From: Acidobacteriota bacterium
GTDB taxonomy: Bacteria; Acidobacteriota; CAIWXX01
Length of the DNA stretch: 64,000 nucleotides
NCBI GenBank assembly: GCA_016191015.1
Contig: JACPPM010000301.1
Span: 5,472 to 69,471 of the forward strand
Direction: 5' to 3'
How positions within the stretch are numbered: the stretch's first letter is position 1; every line of letters begins with the position of its first letter. Made by a program: the position numbers and the translations under genes. This document shows positions 29,555 through 38,540 of the stretch, piece after piece. A model generated the notes under the pieces. The model saw nothing but the letters and a program-made list of their open reading frames with translations, was not told the origin of the DNA and searched no databases.

Positions 29555-29659
29555 ATGGAACGAATACGGGATCGAATCGCAGACCCGGCGCTGATGGCGA
29601 TCTTGGGGAAGCTGCAGGATGAGCAGCGACTGGACTTCGTGAAGAAGAGTGCGCGGTGA
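29555..29659 (+). pseudogene. 5' remnant (34 codons, then stop) duplicated from the radical-SAM MqnC/E gene at 25765
   Basis: MERIRDRIADPALMAILGKLQDEQRLDF versus MERIRNRVTDPALKGILQKLQDGRRLDF; about 80% nucleotide identity over about 85 bp. Confidence 0.65.
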
Positions 29660-30012
29660 TGAAGATGCCGAACCACTGTGGCAGATTATTTCGGAGTGCG
29701 GGAGCGCAGCTCCCGCTTTCTCGGGACCGAGTACCTGTGTGAACCCGAAAGCGGCAGCTTCGCTGCCGCACTCCAAAGGCCGTCCCGCCGGTCGGCTGCG
29801 AGCAGCGGGCGCAGCGGAGATGGGGCTTTCTTGGCACGAGGCCGCGTTGGGGGCGGCTGCTGTACCCATCATTCCAGCATTCCACTATTCCTCTCGCTCC
29901 GTCCACAGGTTCGCCGCGAGCCATTGATTCTCAATTGGCTATAGAGTTTCCGAGACGAGATCGCCTTTGCGCGCCCGGCGCCTTTGCGCTAGAGTTCCGC
30001 TGGGTTGTGACA

Positions 30013-30774
30013 ATGACTGACGCGCGCATATTGCGGATCGGGCGAATGCCTTACCTCAATGTCGCACCCTTCTACTTCGATCTCGAAGCCCTCCGGCCTT
30101 ACGAGATCATCATGGGCAGTCCGCTGGAACTGGGCGAGATGGCCCGCCGCGACGAGATTGACATGGGTCCGCTATCTCTGCTCGACACTCTCTCGCTTCC
30201 GGAGATGGAGCCGATCGACGACCTCGCTGTGGCGTGTGAGGGGCCGGTGGGCAGCGTTCTGCTGTTCAGCGATCGTCCTTTCGCTGATCTTGGAGCCGCG
30301 AGAATAACGGCGACGACGGAGAGCGTGACGTCCATTCGTCTCCTGGAGGTTCTCCTGCGGCGCGCAGGCATCAACGGTTTCCACCTTCAAAGGAGTGGCG
30401 AGGCCGCGGACGCCCTCCTGCTCATCGGCGATTCCGCGCTGGCCGAGGTGCGGCGCGGGGTCTGGAGTTTCGTTACTGACCTGTGCGAAGAGTGGACGCG
30501 GCTCGAGCATCTCCCGTTCGTTTTCGCTCGGTGGGTCGTTCGGATCGGGACGCCCCGCATCGATCTCATCGCGCGGACATTACAAGAATCTCTCGACAAA
30601 GGACTCTCCGACCTGCCGGCCGTCCTGAAGGCCTTCCCGTCGCCCGTCAGCAGCGATGAAGCGCGTGCCTACCTGAACGGGTTCCTGTACAGGCCGGGCA
30701 GTCGAGGGGATCAGGCCATTGCGCGATTCCAAACTCTCCTGGGGGAATATGGAAATCAGCGGGCTCCTCGATAA
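30013..30774 (+). CDS. mqnA: Chorismate dehydratase MqnA (futalosine pathway)
   Basis: ILRIGRMPYLNVAPFYF N-terminus and periplasmic-binding-protein-like MqnA/MqnD fold. ORF-track start at 29935 is probably over-extended. Confidence 0.75.
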   Translation: MTDARILRIGRMPYLNVAPFYFDLEALRPYEIIMGSPLELGEMARRDEIDMGPLSLLDTLSLPEMEPIDDLAVACEGPVGSVLLFSDRPFADLGAARITATTESVTSIRLLEVLLRRAGINGFHLQRSGEAADALLLIGDSALAEVRRGVWSFVTDLCEEWTRLEHLPFVFARWVVRIGTPRIDLIARTLQESLDKGLSDLPAVLKAFPSPVSSDEARAYLNGFLYRPGSRGDQAIARFQTLLGEYGNQRAPR

Positions 30775-31849
30775 AGCGGCGTCGGGAGAACGACTGACGG
30801 CTGGGGAAGCGTTGCAAACGTTCCGTTCAGCACCCCTCCTGGATCTCGCCCACGCCGCGCACGGCATCCGCAACCGGAGGGCACCCCAGGGTCAGGTGAC
30901 ATTCGTCATCGACACAAACCCCAACTACACCAACATCTGCGACACTGACTGCACGTTTTGTGCGTTCTACCGGAAGCCGGGCGACAACGAGGAAGGGTAC
31001 ACACTCACGGTCGACCAGATAGCAGCCAAGATCCAACCTGCCGTGGATGCGGGAGCATCGACGCTTCTCATGCAGGGAGGTCACAATCCGGCTCTTCCGC
31101 TCTCGTACTATATCGACCTGATCCGAGGTCTCCGCGAGCGTTTCCCGCGGCTCCATCTGCACCTGTTTTCGGCGCCCGAGGTCAGGGCCATCGCGAAGTT
31201 CTGCGCTCTCACTGTGAGGGAGGTGCTCGCCGCGTTCTGGGACGCGGGGCAGCGGACCCTGCCTGGGGGAGGAGCCGAGATCCTGACGCAACGCGTCCGC
31301 CGGAAGATCAGCCCGAAGAAGGGCGCGCCCGAGGAATGGCTCGACGTGATGCGGATCGCGCACCAGATCGGATACCGGTCGACGGCGACGATGATGTTCG
31401 GCCACGTCGAAGCCGACGAGGACATCATCGAGCATCTGGATGCCCTCCGGCGGCTGCAGGATGAGACGGGTGGTTTCATGAGCTTCATTCCCTGGAGCTT
31501 CAAGAAAGGCGACACACCTCTGTCGAGGATCGTTAAGACCGAGGTGGCGCCGGCGCGCTATCTGAGGATCCTTGCCGTCGCGAGGCTCTTTCTGGACAAC
31601 TTCGCGCACATACAGTCATCCTGGTTTTCCGAAGGGCGCAAGGCCGGGCAGCTCGGGTTGTGGTTTGGCGCGGATGATTTCGGAGGAACGATTCTCGAAG
31701 AAAATGTGCTCCGATCCGCGAAGTTCGTGAATACTACTTCTGTAGAGGAAGTGAAGATGCTGATCCGGGAAGCCGGCTTCACGCCGGCTCGGCGCAACTC
31801 ATTTTTCGAGGTCCAGGAAACGTTGAGTGTCCAAGAAGTTGGGTATTGA
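30749..31849 (+). CDS. Radical-SAM menaquinone biosynthesis enzyme, MqnC/MqnE family (paralog 2)
   Basis: CDTDCTFCAF cluster; start at MEISGLL; 26-bp overlap with mqnA. Confidence 0.85.
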   Translation: MEISGLLDKAASGERLTAGEALQTFRSAPLLDLAHAAHGIRNRRAPQGQVTFVIDTNPNYTNICDTDCTFCAFYRKPGDNEEGYTLTVDQIAAKIQPAVDAGASTLLMQGGHNPALPLSYYIDLIRGLRERFPRLHLHLFSAPEVRAIAKFCALTVREVLAAFWDAGQRTLPGGGAEILTQRVRRKISPKKGAPEEWLDVMRIAHQIGYRSTATMMFGHVEADEDIIEHLDALRRLQDETGGFMSFIPWSFKKGDTPLSRIVKTEVAPARYLRILAVARLFLDNFAHIQSSWFSEGRKAGQLGLWFGADDFGGTILEENVLRSAKFVNTTSVEEVKMLIREAGFTPARRNSFFEVQETLSVQEVGY

Positions 31850-32086
31850 CATGAAATGGCAAGAACCTCGCCGGGGCGAGATCTTCCGGACTCCTCTCAG
31901 GAAAGCAGGAAGTGAGGAAGGCAGGAAAGGACCCGTCATATCGGACGCTCAGGGTGGCACGGACCGCTCTCACGCTCTCACGCTCCAGGCGCGCGAAGCG
32001 CGCCGGACGCTCTCACGCGCGGCCGGTGTTACGACGGCGGTGGTGGCCGGGGCGAGGCGCTGACAGTGAACGAATCGAAGGTGGTG

Positions 32087-32908
32087 ATGCAGGCCGGATG
32101 CAGTCCCGATCCTGACGATGTTTTTATGTTCTACGGATTCGAGAAGGGCCTTGTCGAAACGCCTTTCAGGATCGAGCCGCGATACGAGGATATCCAGACG
32201 CTGAACCGCAAGGCACTTGACGGTGTGTACGAGATCTCAGCCATATCAGCCTACATGTATCCGTTTGTCTGCCACCGCTACGCCTTGCTCGCCGCCGGGG
32301 CCAGCGTCGGGAGGGGCTACGGACCGGTTATCGTGGCGAACCGCCGCTATGATGCCGACGATTTGAGGAAGCTGAGCGTGGCGATCCCGGGCAGGTTCAC
32401 AACATCGTATCTGCTCTGCCGCATGTATCTGCCGGCCTTCAAAGAGATCGAGATGCCATTCGAGGATGTCGTGCCGGCGCTGATGGACCGGGACGTGGAT
32501 TGCGCCCTTCTCATCCACGAAGCTCAGATCACCTACAGAGAGCTCGGTTTCTACAAAGTAGTCTCTCTCTACGACCTCTGGCATGGTTCCACGGGTCTCC
32601 CGCTGCCACTCGGACTCGAGGCGGTCCGATTGGCGGAGGCCGATCGCTGGGGCCGCGCGATCAACGATGCTCTCGTCCTCAGCATCGAGCTGGCGAAGCG
32701 GGACTTCGAACCCGCCATGGAGCATGCGATCTCTCATCGGCAGACCGGTCTCGCTCCCGCCCAGGGGCGGAGGTACCTGGAGATGTACGTGAACGACGAC
32801 ACCTTGGGGATGCCGGCGGACGTTCGCAAGGCCCTTGAAATGATGTACACGACGGCACACGAGCTGGGGCTGATTCCGGAAGTGCCTCCGCTCAGGATCG
32901 TGGAATGA
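32087..32908 (+). CDS. mqnD: 1,4-dihydroxy-6-naphthoate synthase MqnD
   Basis: MQAGCSPDPDDVFMFYGF matches the MqnD SPCPNDTF N-terminal signature. Confidence 0.75.
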   Translation: MQAGCSPDPDDVFMFYGFEKGLVETPFRIEPRYEDIQTLNRKALDGVYEISAISAYMYPFVCHRYALLAAGASVGRGYGPVIVANRRYDADDLRKLSVAIPGRFTTSYLLCRMYLPAFKEIEMPFEDVVPALMDRDVDCALLIHEAQITYRELGFYKVVSLYDLWHGSTGLPLPLGLEAVRLAEADRWGRAINDALVLSIELAKRDFEPAMEHAISHRQTGLAPAQGRRYLEMYVNDDTLGMPADVRKALEMMYTTAHELGLIPEVPPLRIVE

Positions 32909-32917
32909 CGATGAATC

Positions 32918-33019
32918 AGAGTTCAAAGTTCAAAGTTCCAAGTTCAAGCCCGCGTCGATCCTGTGGGCGTGGACCTGCGGGTCCCGTTGAGCTCTGAACT
33001 TTGAACTTTGAACTCATGC
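32918..33019. repeat. Extragenic palindrome, GTTCAAA-heptamer type (copy D)
   Basis: agagttcaaagttcaaagttccaagttcaag ... ctgaactttgaactttgaactcatgc; begins 10 bp after the mqnD stop and ends 31 bp before the pyk start. Confidence 0.85.
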
Positions 33020-33050
33020 TGCGACACGCAGAAAGGGTTGCGTCCCGGAC

Positions 33051-34472
33051 ATGACTCGGAAGACGAAGATCGTGGCCACGATCGGCCCTGCCTCGGGGTC
33101 GCTCGAGATGCTCCTGCGCCTGATCGAGACGGGGCTTGACGTTGCGCGGCTGAACTTCTCGCACGGGACGCACGATGACCACTCACGAGTGATCGAGAAC
33201 ATCATGGAAGCGCGCCGGAGGACGGGTCGTGCGATTCCGATCTTGCAGGATCTTCAGGGTCCGAGGGTTCGGATCGGGTCCCTGGCTTCGCCTGTGGACC
33301 TGGTCCCTGGGGCGGATGTTACGATTTCGAGCAGGGATGATGCGGCCGCGCGGGGGATGATTCCGACCGACTACGACGCGCTGGGACAGGACCTCGCCGG
33401 CGGCAATCGGATTCTGATCGACGATGGCTCGATGGAGCTCAATGTGCAGTCGACTGACGGTAGGGACGTGCGATGCACGGTTGTGCGCGGCGGGCTGCTG
33501 AAGAGTCACAAGGGGATGAACTTCCCGGGGGTGCGGGTGAGCGCGCCCGCGTTGACGGCGAAGGACCTCGACGATCTCGCCTTCGGTCTCTCTCGGGGCG
33601 TCGACGCCGTGGCTCTCAGTTTCGTGGGTGTTCCTGACGACGTGACAAACCTGCAGGAGGAGATCGCGCGGCGCGGGGGCGACGCATGGGTGATAGCGAA
33701 GATCGAACGGAAGGAGGCGGTGGACTCGATCGAGGAGATCATCGAAGCTGCCGACGGGGTCATGGTGGCGCGTGGCGATCTCGGAGTCGAGCTTCCGGGG
33801 GAGACCGTGCCGTTTCTTCAGAAGATGATCATTGCCCGGTGCAACCACAACAGCACGCCTGTGATCACGGCGACGCAGATGCTGGAGTCGATGATCGGAT
33901 CGCAGCGCCCGACGCGCGCCGAGCTGACTGACGTGGCCAATGCGGTTCTCGACGGTACCGATCTCGTGATGCTCTCGGCTGAGACCTCGACAGGGAAATA
34001 CCCGGTCGAGACTGTGGCGATGATGGACCGGATCATTCGCGAGGCGGAATCGCACGGCGCCCGATCGAATCCGCCTGTGCTTCCACCGCCGGGGATGGGC
34101 GAAGACGTGTTCATGGCCGTCGCCCACGCAGCCTGTGTCCTGGCGAAGCAGGTCGGTGCCAAAGCCATCGTGCCGTTCACGCATTCCGGCAAGACTGCGC
34201 AAGCCATCTGCGCCTATCGACCGGCGGCGAGCATCGTCGCGGCCACGAGCAGCCCGCGGACACTACCGAAACTCAATCTGTTGTGGGGAACGACGGGGTT
34301 GTTGGTCGAGCCGGCGCAGGACAGCGACACGACGATGAACATGTTGGAGCAGGAGATCCTCCGGCGCGGACTGCTTTTGCCCGGAGACATCGTGGTCTTG
34401 ACGGCCGGGATACCGCTGTTCGTCAAGGCGAGGACGAACACGGTGAGAGCTCACAGAATCGGGGAGGGGTAG
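33051..34472 (+). CDS. pyk: Pyruvate kinase
   Basis: MTRKTKIVATIGPAS...NFSHG...MVARGDLGVE are canonical PK motifs. Confidence 0.95.
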   Translation: MTRKTKIVATIGPASGSLEMLLRLIETGLDVARLNFSHGTHDDHSRVIENIMEARRRTGRAIPILQDLQGPRVRIGSLASPVDLVPGADVTISSRDDAAARGMIPTDYDALGQDLAGGNRILIDDGSMELNVQSTDGRDVRCTVVRGGLLKSHKGMNFPGVRVSAPALTAKDLDDLAFGLSRGVDAVALSFVGVPDDVTNLQEEIARRGGDAWVIAKIERKEAVDSIEEIIEAADGVMVARGDLGVELPGETVPFLQKMIIARCNHNSTPVITATQMLESMIGSQRPTRAELTDVANAVLDGTDLVMLSAETSTGKYPVETVAMMDRIIREAESHGARSNPPVLPPPGMGEDVFMAVAHAACVLAKQVGAKAIVPFTHSGKTAQAICAYRPAASIVAATSSPRTLPKLNLLWGTTGLLVEPAQDSDTTMNMLEQEILRRGLLLPGDIVVLTAGIPLFVKARTNTVRAHRIGEG

Positions 34473-34477
34473 GGCCG

Positions 34478-35122
34478 GTGATCGTCGATTCGATTCCAGT
34501 AGGGATGTTTCAGTGCAACTGCTATCTGATCGGGGATGAGAAGCGGCGGACGGGTGTGCTCATCGATCCCGGCGCTGAGGGCGACGAGATCCTCGCCATG
34601 GTTGCGAGGCATGGTGTCGAGATCACAGACATCATTGTGACCCACGCACATCTGGACCACGTCTGCGCGCTGGATCCCGTGCGCGCCGCAACGAATGCGC
34701 GCGTGCACATGAACCCGCGCGACCTGCCGCTGTTTCGTGAGGTTTCAGCGCAAGGCAAGCTCTTTGGGCTCCGCGTGGAGAAGCCTGCGGATCCCGAGAA
34801 TTCTCTGGCCCACGAGCAGAGGATCGCATGCGGCGATCTCACCCTTCGGATCATCGAGACCCCGGGCCACTCCCCGGGCAGCGTCAGCGTGCTCGTTGAG
34901 GATCAGGCCGGGATCGTGTTCACGGGAGATACGCTGTTTGCGGGGAGCATCGGGCGGACTGACCTCTGGGGCGGCTCATATGAAGAGATTATCGAGTCGA
35001 TCAAAGCGCGACTCCTGCCGCTCGGCAGAGACGTGACCGTTTATCCGGGTCACGGTTGCGCGACGACCGTGGGGGAAGAGAAGGAGAGCAATCCGTTCCT
35101 CGTACCGGGACTTGCGATCTGA
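34478..35122 (+). CDS. MBL-fold metallo-hydrolase (glyoxalase-II-like)
   Basis: THAHLDH motif and ...TPGHSPGS; GTG start with a GGGGAGGGG SD. Confidence 0.8.
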   Translation: MIVDSIPVGMFQCNCYLIGDEKRRTGVLIDPGAEGDEILAMVARHGVEITDIIVTHAHLDHVCALDPVRAATNARVHMNPRDLPLFREVSAQGKLFGLRVEKPADPENSLAHEQRIACGDLTLRIIETPGHSPGSVSVLVEDQAGIVFTGDTLFAGSIGRTDLWGGSYEEIIESIKARLLPLGRDVTVYPGHGCATTVGEEKESNPFLVPGLAI

Positions 35123-35306
35123 TCCTTGACCACCGTCCTGTGCTACCCGTCACATGTCGTGTCGGCCACTATTGACGGAGGAGGGATTGCGGGTATCATA
35201 TGGATCTTGTGCACCTTGTTTTCGGTTCTGCCTGCGGAGCTCCGCGGGGTGATTGTGTTTTGGGCCGGTTGAAGGGAACTATTTAACGCTCATAGGAGGA
35301 TTCGAG

Positions 35307-36437
35307 ATGATGTCGAGGGTACGACGATCGATGGTGTTTGCGATGCCCGTCGTGGCGTGGCTTGGTGCCGGGGCTGTCAATGCGCTTGCGGGCTCGAAGC
35401 CCGCCTACGCACCACCGCCGGGGTGGAATGCGTACTTCAAGGACGACAAAGGTGAAACGAAGCCTCTCCAGCAACCTGCCGAGAAGAACAAAGACAAGGA
35501 CTGGATGTTCCTCCAGTTCACCGACTACACCGGCGTCAAGAACACGCTGGCCGTCATGCGAGTCGAAAACAAGACGGCGAACGTCGAGCAGGCAGAGAAC
35601 ACAAAGAATACGACGCTCTGGACCGGTCGCATCGCGGAGGTGCCGGTCGCGGCTATCGAGGAGCTGATGACGACGTCGCTCTTCAATACTCACCGCTATA
35701 TCCTCGTCGAGCGCAAGCAGCTCGAATCGATACTGGCGGAGCAGGACTTCGCCGCGAGCGACCGGGCTGCGAAATCCCAATCCGCTCAGACAGGCAAGAT
35801 GCCACCTGCCCAGTTCCTGATCATGGTGGCGGTGAATGAGTACACGCCTGAGAAGGGCAAGACCGGCGTGGGTGGCGGCGGGATCGGCGGCGGATTCCTC
35901 GGAGGCTTGGGCGTCAGCAAGAGTGATGCTGAAGTGTCGATGTCCTTCCGGATCGTGGATTCGAGCTCGGGCCAGGTGATCGACTCGATCACGGCCAAGG
36001 CGACGGCTGGGAGCTGGGGGCTCGGTGTCGGTGCAGGCGGCTACGGTGGCGGTGGTGCGGGCGGTGGAGCGCTGGGTATCGAGCGCAACTCGCCGATTGG
36101 GTATGCCGTGCAGTCGTGCATCAACAAGGCCGTCTACCAGATCGCGATGAAGTTGAGAGACAAGCCGTGGGCCGGCTCGGTGGTGAAAGTTTCCTCACCG
36201 GAGAAGGTCTATCTGAATTGGGGATCGAATGCCGGTCTCGCGGCCGGGATGAGCCTTCGGGCCTTGTCGAAGGGCGAAGAGTTGGTCGATCCGGAGACGG
36301 GAATGAGCCTCGGCAGCGAGACAACCGAGATCGGATCGTTGCAGATTGTCTCGGTGCAGGACAAGGTCTCAGTCGCGCGGATCACAGTCGGTTGCAAGGG
36401 CCTCAAAGCCGGCGACCGCGTTGAGCTGTCCCAGTAG
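35307..36437 (+). CDS. CsgG/HfaB-family secreted protein with two Gly-rich low-complexity inserts
   Basis: Signal peptide with an AGGAGG SD; ILVERKQLESILAEQ matches the CsgG-family core; GGGGIGGGFLGG and GGYGGGGAGGG tracts. Confidence 0.55.
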   Translation: MMSRVRRSMVFAMPVVAWLGAGAVNALAGSKPAYAPPPGWNAYFKDDKGETKPLQQPAEKNKDKDWMFLQFTDYTGVKNTLAVMRVENKTANVEQAENTKNTTLWTGRIAEVPVAAIEELMTTSLFNTHRYILVERKQLESILAEQDFAASDRAAKSQSAQTGKMPPAQFLIMVAVNEYTPEKGKTGVGGGGIGGGFLGGLGVSKSDAEVSMSFRIVDSSSGQVIDSITAKATAGSWGLGVGAGGYGGGGAGGGALGIERNSPIGYAVQSCINKAVYQIAMKLRDKPWAGSVVKVSSPEKVYLNWGSNAGLAAGMSLRALSKGEELVDPETGMSLGSETTEIGSLQIVSVQDKVSVARITVGCKGLKAGDRVELSQ

Positions 36438-36458
36438 TTCGTTGTCGTTCGAGGCGAA

Positions 36459-36483
36459 GGCCGGGGCGCTGGTCGCCCCGGCC
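36459..36483. terminator. GC-rich hairpin between convergent genes (possible bidirectional terminator)
   Basis: ggccggggcg ctggt cgccccggcc is a 10-bp perfect stem. Confidence 0.4.
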
Positions 36484-36491
36484 TGCCCCAC

Positions 36492-37265
36492 TCACCTCAG
36501 CACGGCTCTGGGATCTGCGCGGATCTGCTCGTAGAGGCGCGCGATAGAATCGACCGACAGGGCTTCGACCCGCAGGTCGCGATCGAGCCATCCGTAGTCG
36601 GCGGGGAGTGCTTCCTCGAAAAGACGCTTCAGGCTGTTCGAGAGCTTCTTGCGGCGCTGCGAGAAGAGCGCTTTGAGGAAGGCGGCGTAGTCGGCGGGCG
36701 CCTCGACGAGTGGCCGTTCGCGCATGCGCAGGACGATCACCGTACTGTCGACCTGCGGCTGCGGGCGGAAATGCCTGCGGTGGACATCGAACGCGCGGGC
36801 GGCGTGGGCGAACGTGGAGACCATCACGGACAGGGCCGAGTAGTTGCGGGTGCGGGGTCGCCCACAGATCCGGTCAGCGACCTCCCGCTGCACCATCAGC
36901 ACCATCCCGCTCCATCTGTGCCATTCCAGGAGGAGCCTCTCGATCAGGGGCGACGTGATCTGGTAGGGAATATTCCCGACCACGAACGATCTTGCCTCGC
37001 CAAGCTTGTCGAAATCGAAATCGAGGATGTCGCTGCGATGAAGCCTGAGGCGGGGCTCGGACGTAGACGTAGACAGGTCTTCACAAAGGCGTGGGTCGAT
37101 CTCGACGGCGTGAACCGCCGCCACTCCTCGCGTGAGCAGCTCACGAGTAAGGATGCCGCGCCCGGGCCCGATCTCCAGGACCGTTCCTGATAGATCCGCC
37201 TCATCGACGATTCGCCGGGCATACTGGGTCGAAACCAGGAAGTTCTGCCCCCATTTCCTACCCAC
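36492..37265 (-). CDS. rsmA: 16S rRNA (adenine1518/1519-N6)-dimethyltransferase
   Basis: QNFLV...VLEIGPGRGILT...VEIDP are KsgA motifs. Confidence 0.9.
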   Translation of the reverse strand: MGRKWGQNFLVSTQYARRIVDEADLSGTVLEIGPGRGILTRELLTRGVAAVHAVEIDPRLCEDLSTSTSEPRLRLHRSDILDFDFDKLGEARSFVVGNIPYQITSPLIERLLLEWHRWSGMVLMVQREVADRICGRPRTRNYSALSVMVSTFAHAARAFDVHRRHFRPQPQVDSTVIVLRMRERPLVEAPADYAAFLKALFSQRRKKLSNSLKRLFEEALPADYGWLDRDLRVEALSVDSIARLYEQIRADPRAVLR

Positions 37266-37485
37266 GTGACCTCACCGTCGACGCGGAAGGCGTGGAGCCG
37301 AAGCCCTGCGCGGAGCGAAGGGGCCCACAGTAACCCCGGGTACGATCAGAAAGTGAAAGGGTGAAAGACCGGAAGCGTGGAGCGATTCGGACCTGTCTCA
37401 CCCGCCCTGCGTCGGCCACGCCAGCTTCCATGGCGTGCCTACGCGCCCGATGCAAGCAGATCCTCGCAGAATCCCACGATCGCCT

Positions 37486-37517
37486 CCGGCCCTAGCCCCT
37501 AGCCCCCAGCCCCTCTC
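37486..37517. repeat. Single-arm CTAGCCC heptamer array abutting the dapF stop (copy E)
   Basis: ccggccctagcccctagcccccagcccctctc lies immediately 3' of the dapF TGA on the minus strand. Confidence 0.7.
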
Positions 37518-38372
37518 TCAAGAGGGATCGGGCCATGCGCCGTCGAACACGATCTCGGCCGGGCCTGTGACGAAGAGTGGCTCGCCCTGGTGCCACTCGA
37601 CCAGCATGTCCCCGCCCGCCGCGTGGATCGTCACGCTCTCCCCCACAAGTCCCTGGACCATCGCGGCCGTGGCGGCAGCGGATGCTCCTGTCCCGGATGA
37701 GAGCGTCTCCCCCGCGCCGCGCTCCCAAAAGACCACGATCATCTCCTCCTTGTTCAGCACCTGGACGAACTCCACATTCGTTTTGTTCGGGAACAAGGGA
37801 TGGTTTTCGACGACGGGTCCCAGGTCGCGAACTGGGATTCCCTCGAGGGATTCGAAAAACAGAACGCAGTGTGGGTTGCCCATCGAAACGGCCGTGATGG
37901 GGAGGCTGGAATTCCCGATTGGCAGAGGGAAATTCACGACCCGATCAGTCCCATCGGGGGACTTGAAGGGGATCGAATCCGGTGCGAGGACCGGATTTCC
38001 CATGTCGGCGATGAACGAGTACCGATGGGCGTGATGGCTGAGAAGCTCCAGCTGGCACCAGCCGCTCTGCGTAGTGATCTCCACCTTCGGTGTCTTGACG
38101 AGACCGCGGTGGAAAAGGAAGGCGGCGCAGCAGCGAAGTCCATTGCCTGAGGTCTCGGCTTCCGTGCCGTCACTGTTGAAGATCCTCAGGAAGTAGGCTC
38201 CGCGCTTCGTCACATGCGGGAAGATCAAGAGCATCCCGTCAGCACCGACGCCGTAGTGCCGGTTGCAGATCTTCAGGGACATATCGGAGAAGGAATCGGT
38301 CTGAGCGGGGACGTCCTTCTCTTCGACGATGATGAAATCGTTCCCGAGTCCCTGGGCCTTGGTGAACTTCAT
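37518..38372 (-). CDS. dapF: Diaminopimelate epimerase
   Basis: MKFTKAQGLGNDFIIVE N-terminus and a second active-site Cys region. Confidence 0.9.
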   Translation of the reverse strand: MKFTKAQGLGNDFIIVEEKDVPAQTDSFSDMSLKICNRHYGVGADGMLLIFPHVTKRGAYFLRIFNSDGTEAETSGNGLRCCAAFLFHRGLVKTPKVEITTQSGWCQLELLSHHAHRYSFIADMGNPVLAPDSIPFKSPDGTDRVVNFPLPIGNSSLPITAVSMGNPHCVLFFESLEGIPVRDLGPVVENHPLFPNKTNVEFVQVLNKEEMIVVFWERGAGETLSSGTGASAAATAAMVQGLVGESVTIHAAGGDMLVEWHQGEPLFVTGPAEIVFDGAWPDPS

Positions 38373-38540
38373 GAGGTCGACATTATAGCGCAGCCGGGTG
38401 CCGGCACGGAAATTTTGTGCATCGTGGTGTCCAGGCGGGATGGTCGGCCACTTCTATCTGTCATCGGCGTCCGAGCTGTTCGCCGGAATTCGGCGCTCCA
38501 GCGCCACACGTGACCACAGCCCCTTCGCCTGCGCCCTCCT

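Noticed and set aside
31827-32063. 78-aa ORF between the radical-SAM gene and mqnD
   Set aside because: Arg/Ala-rich; no start context; more likely non-coding spacer.
33183-34202. 339-aa minus-strand ORF inside pyk
   Set aside because: Antisense to pyruvate kinase.
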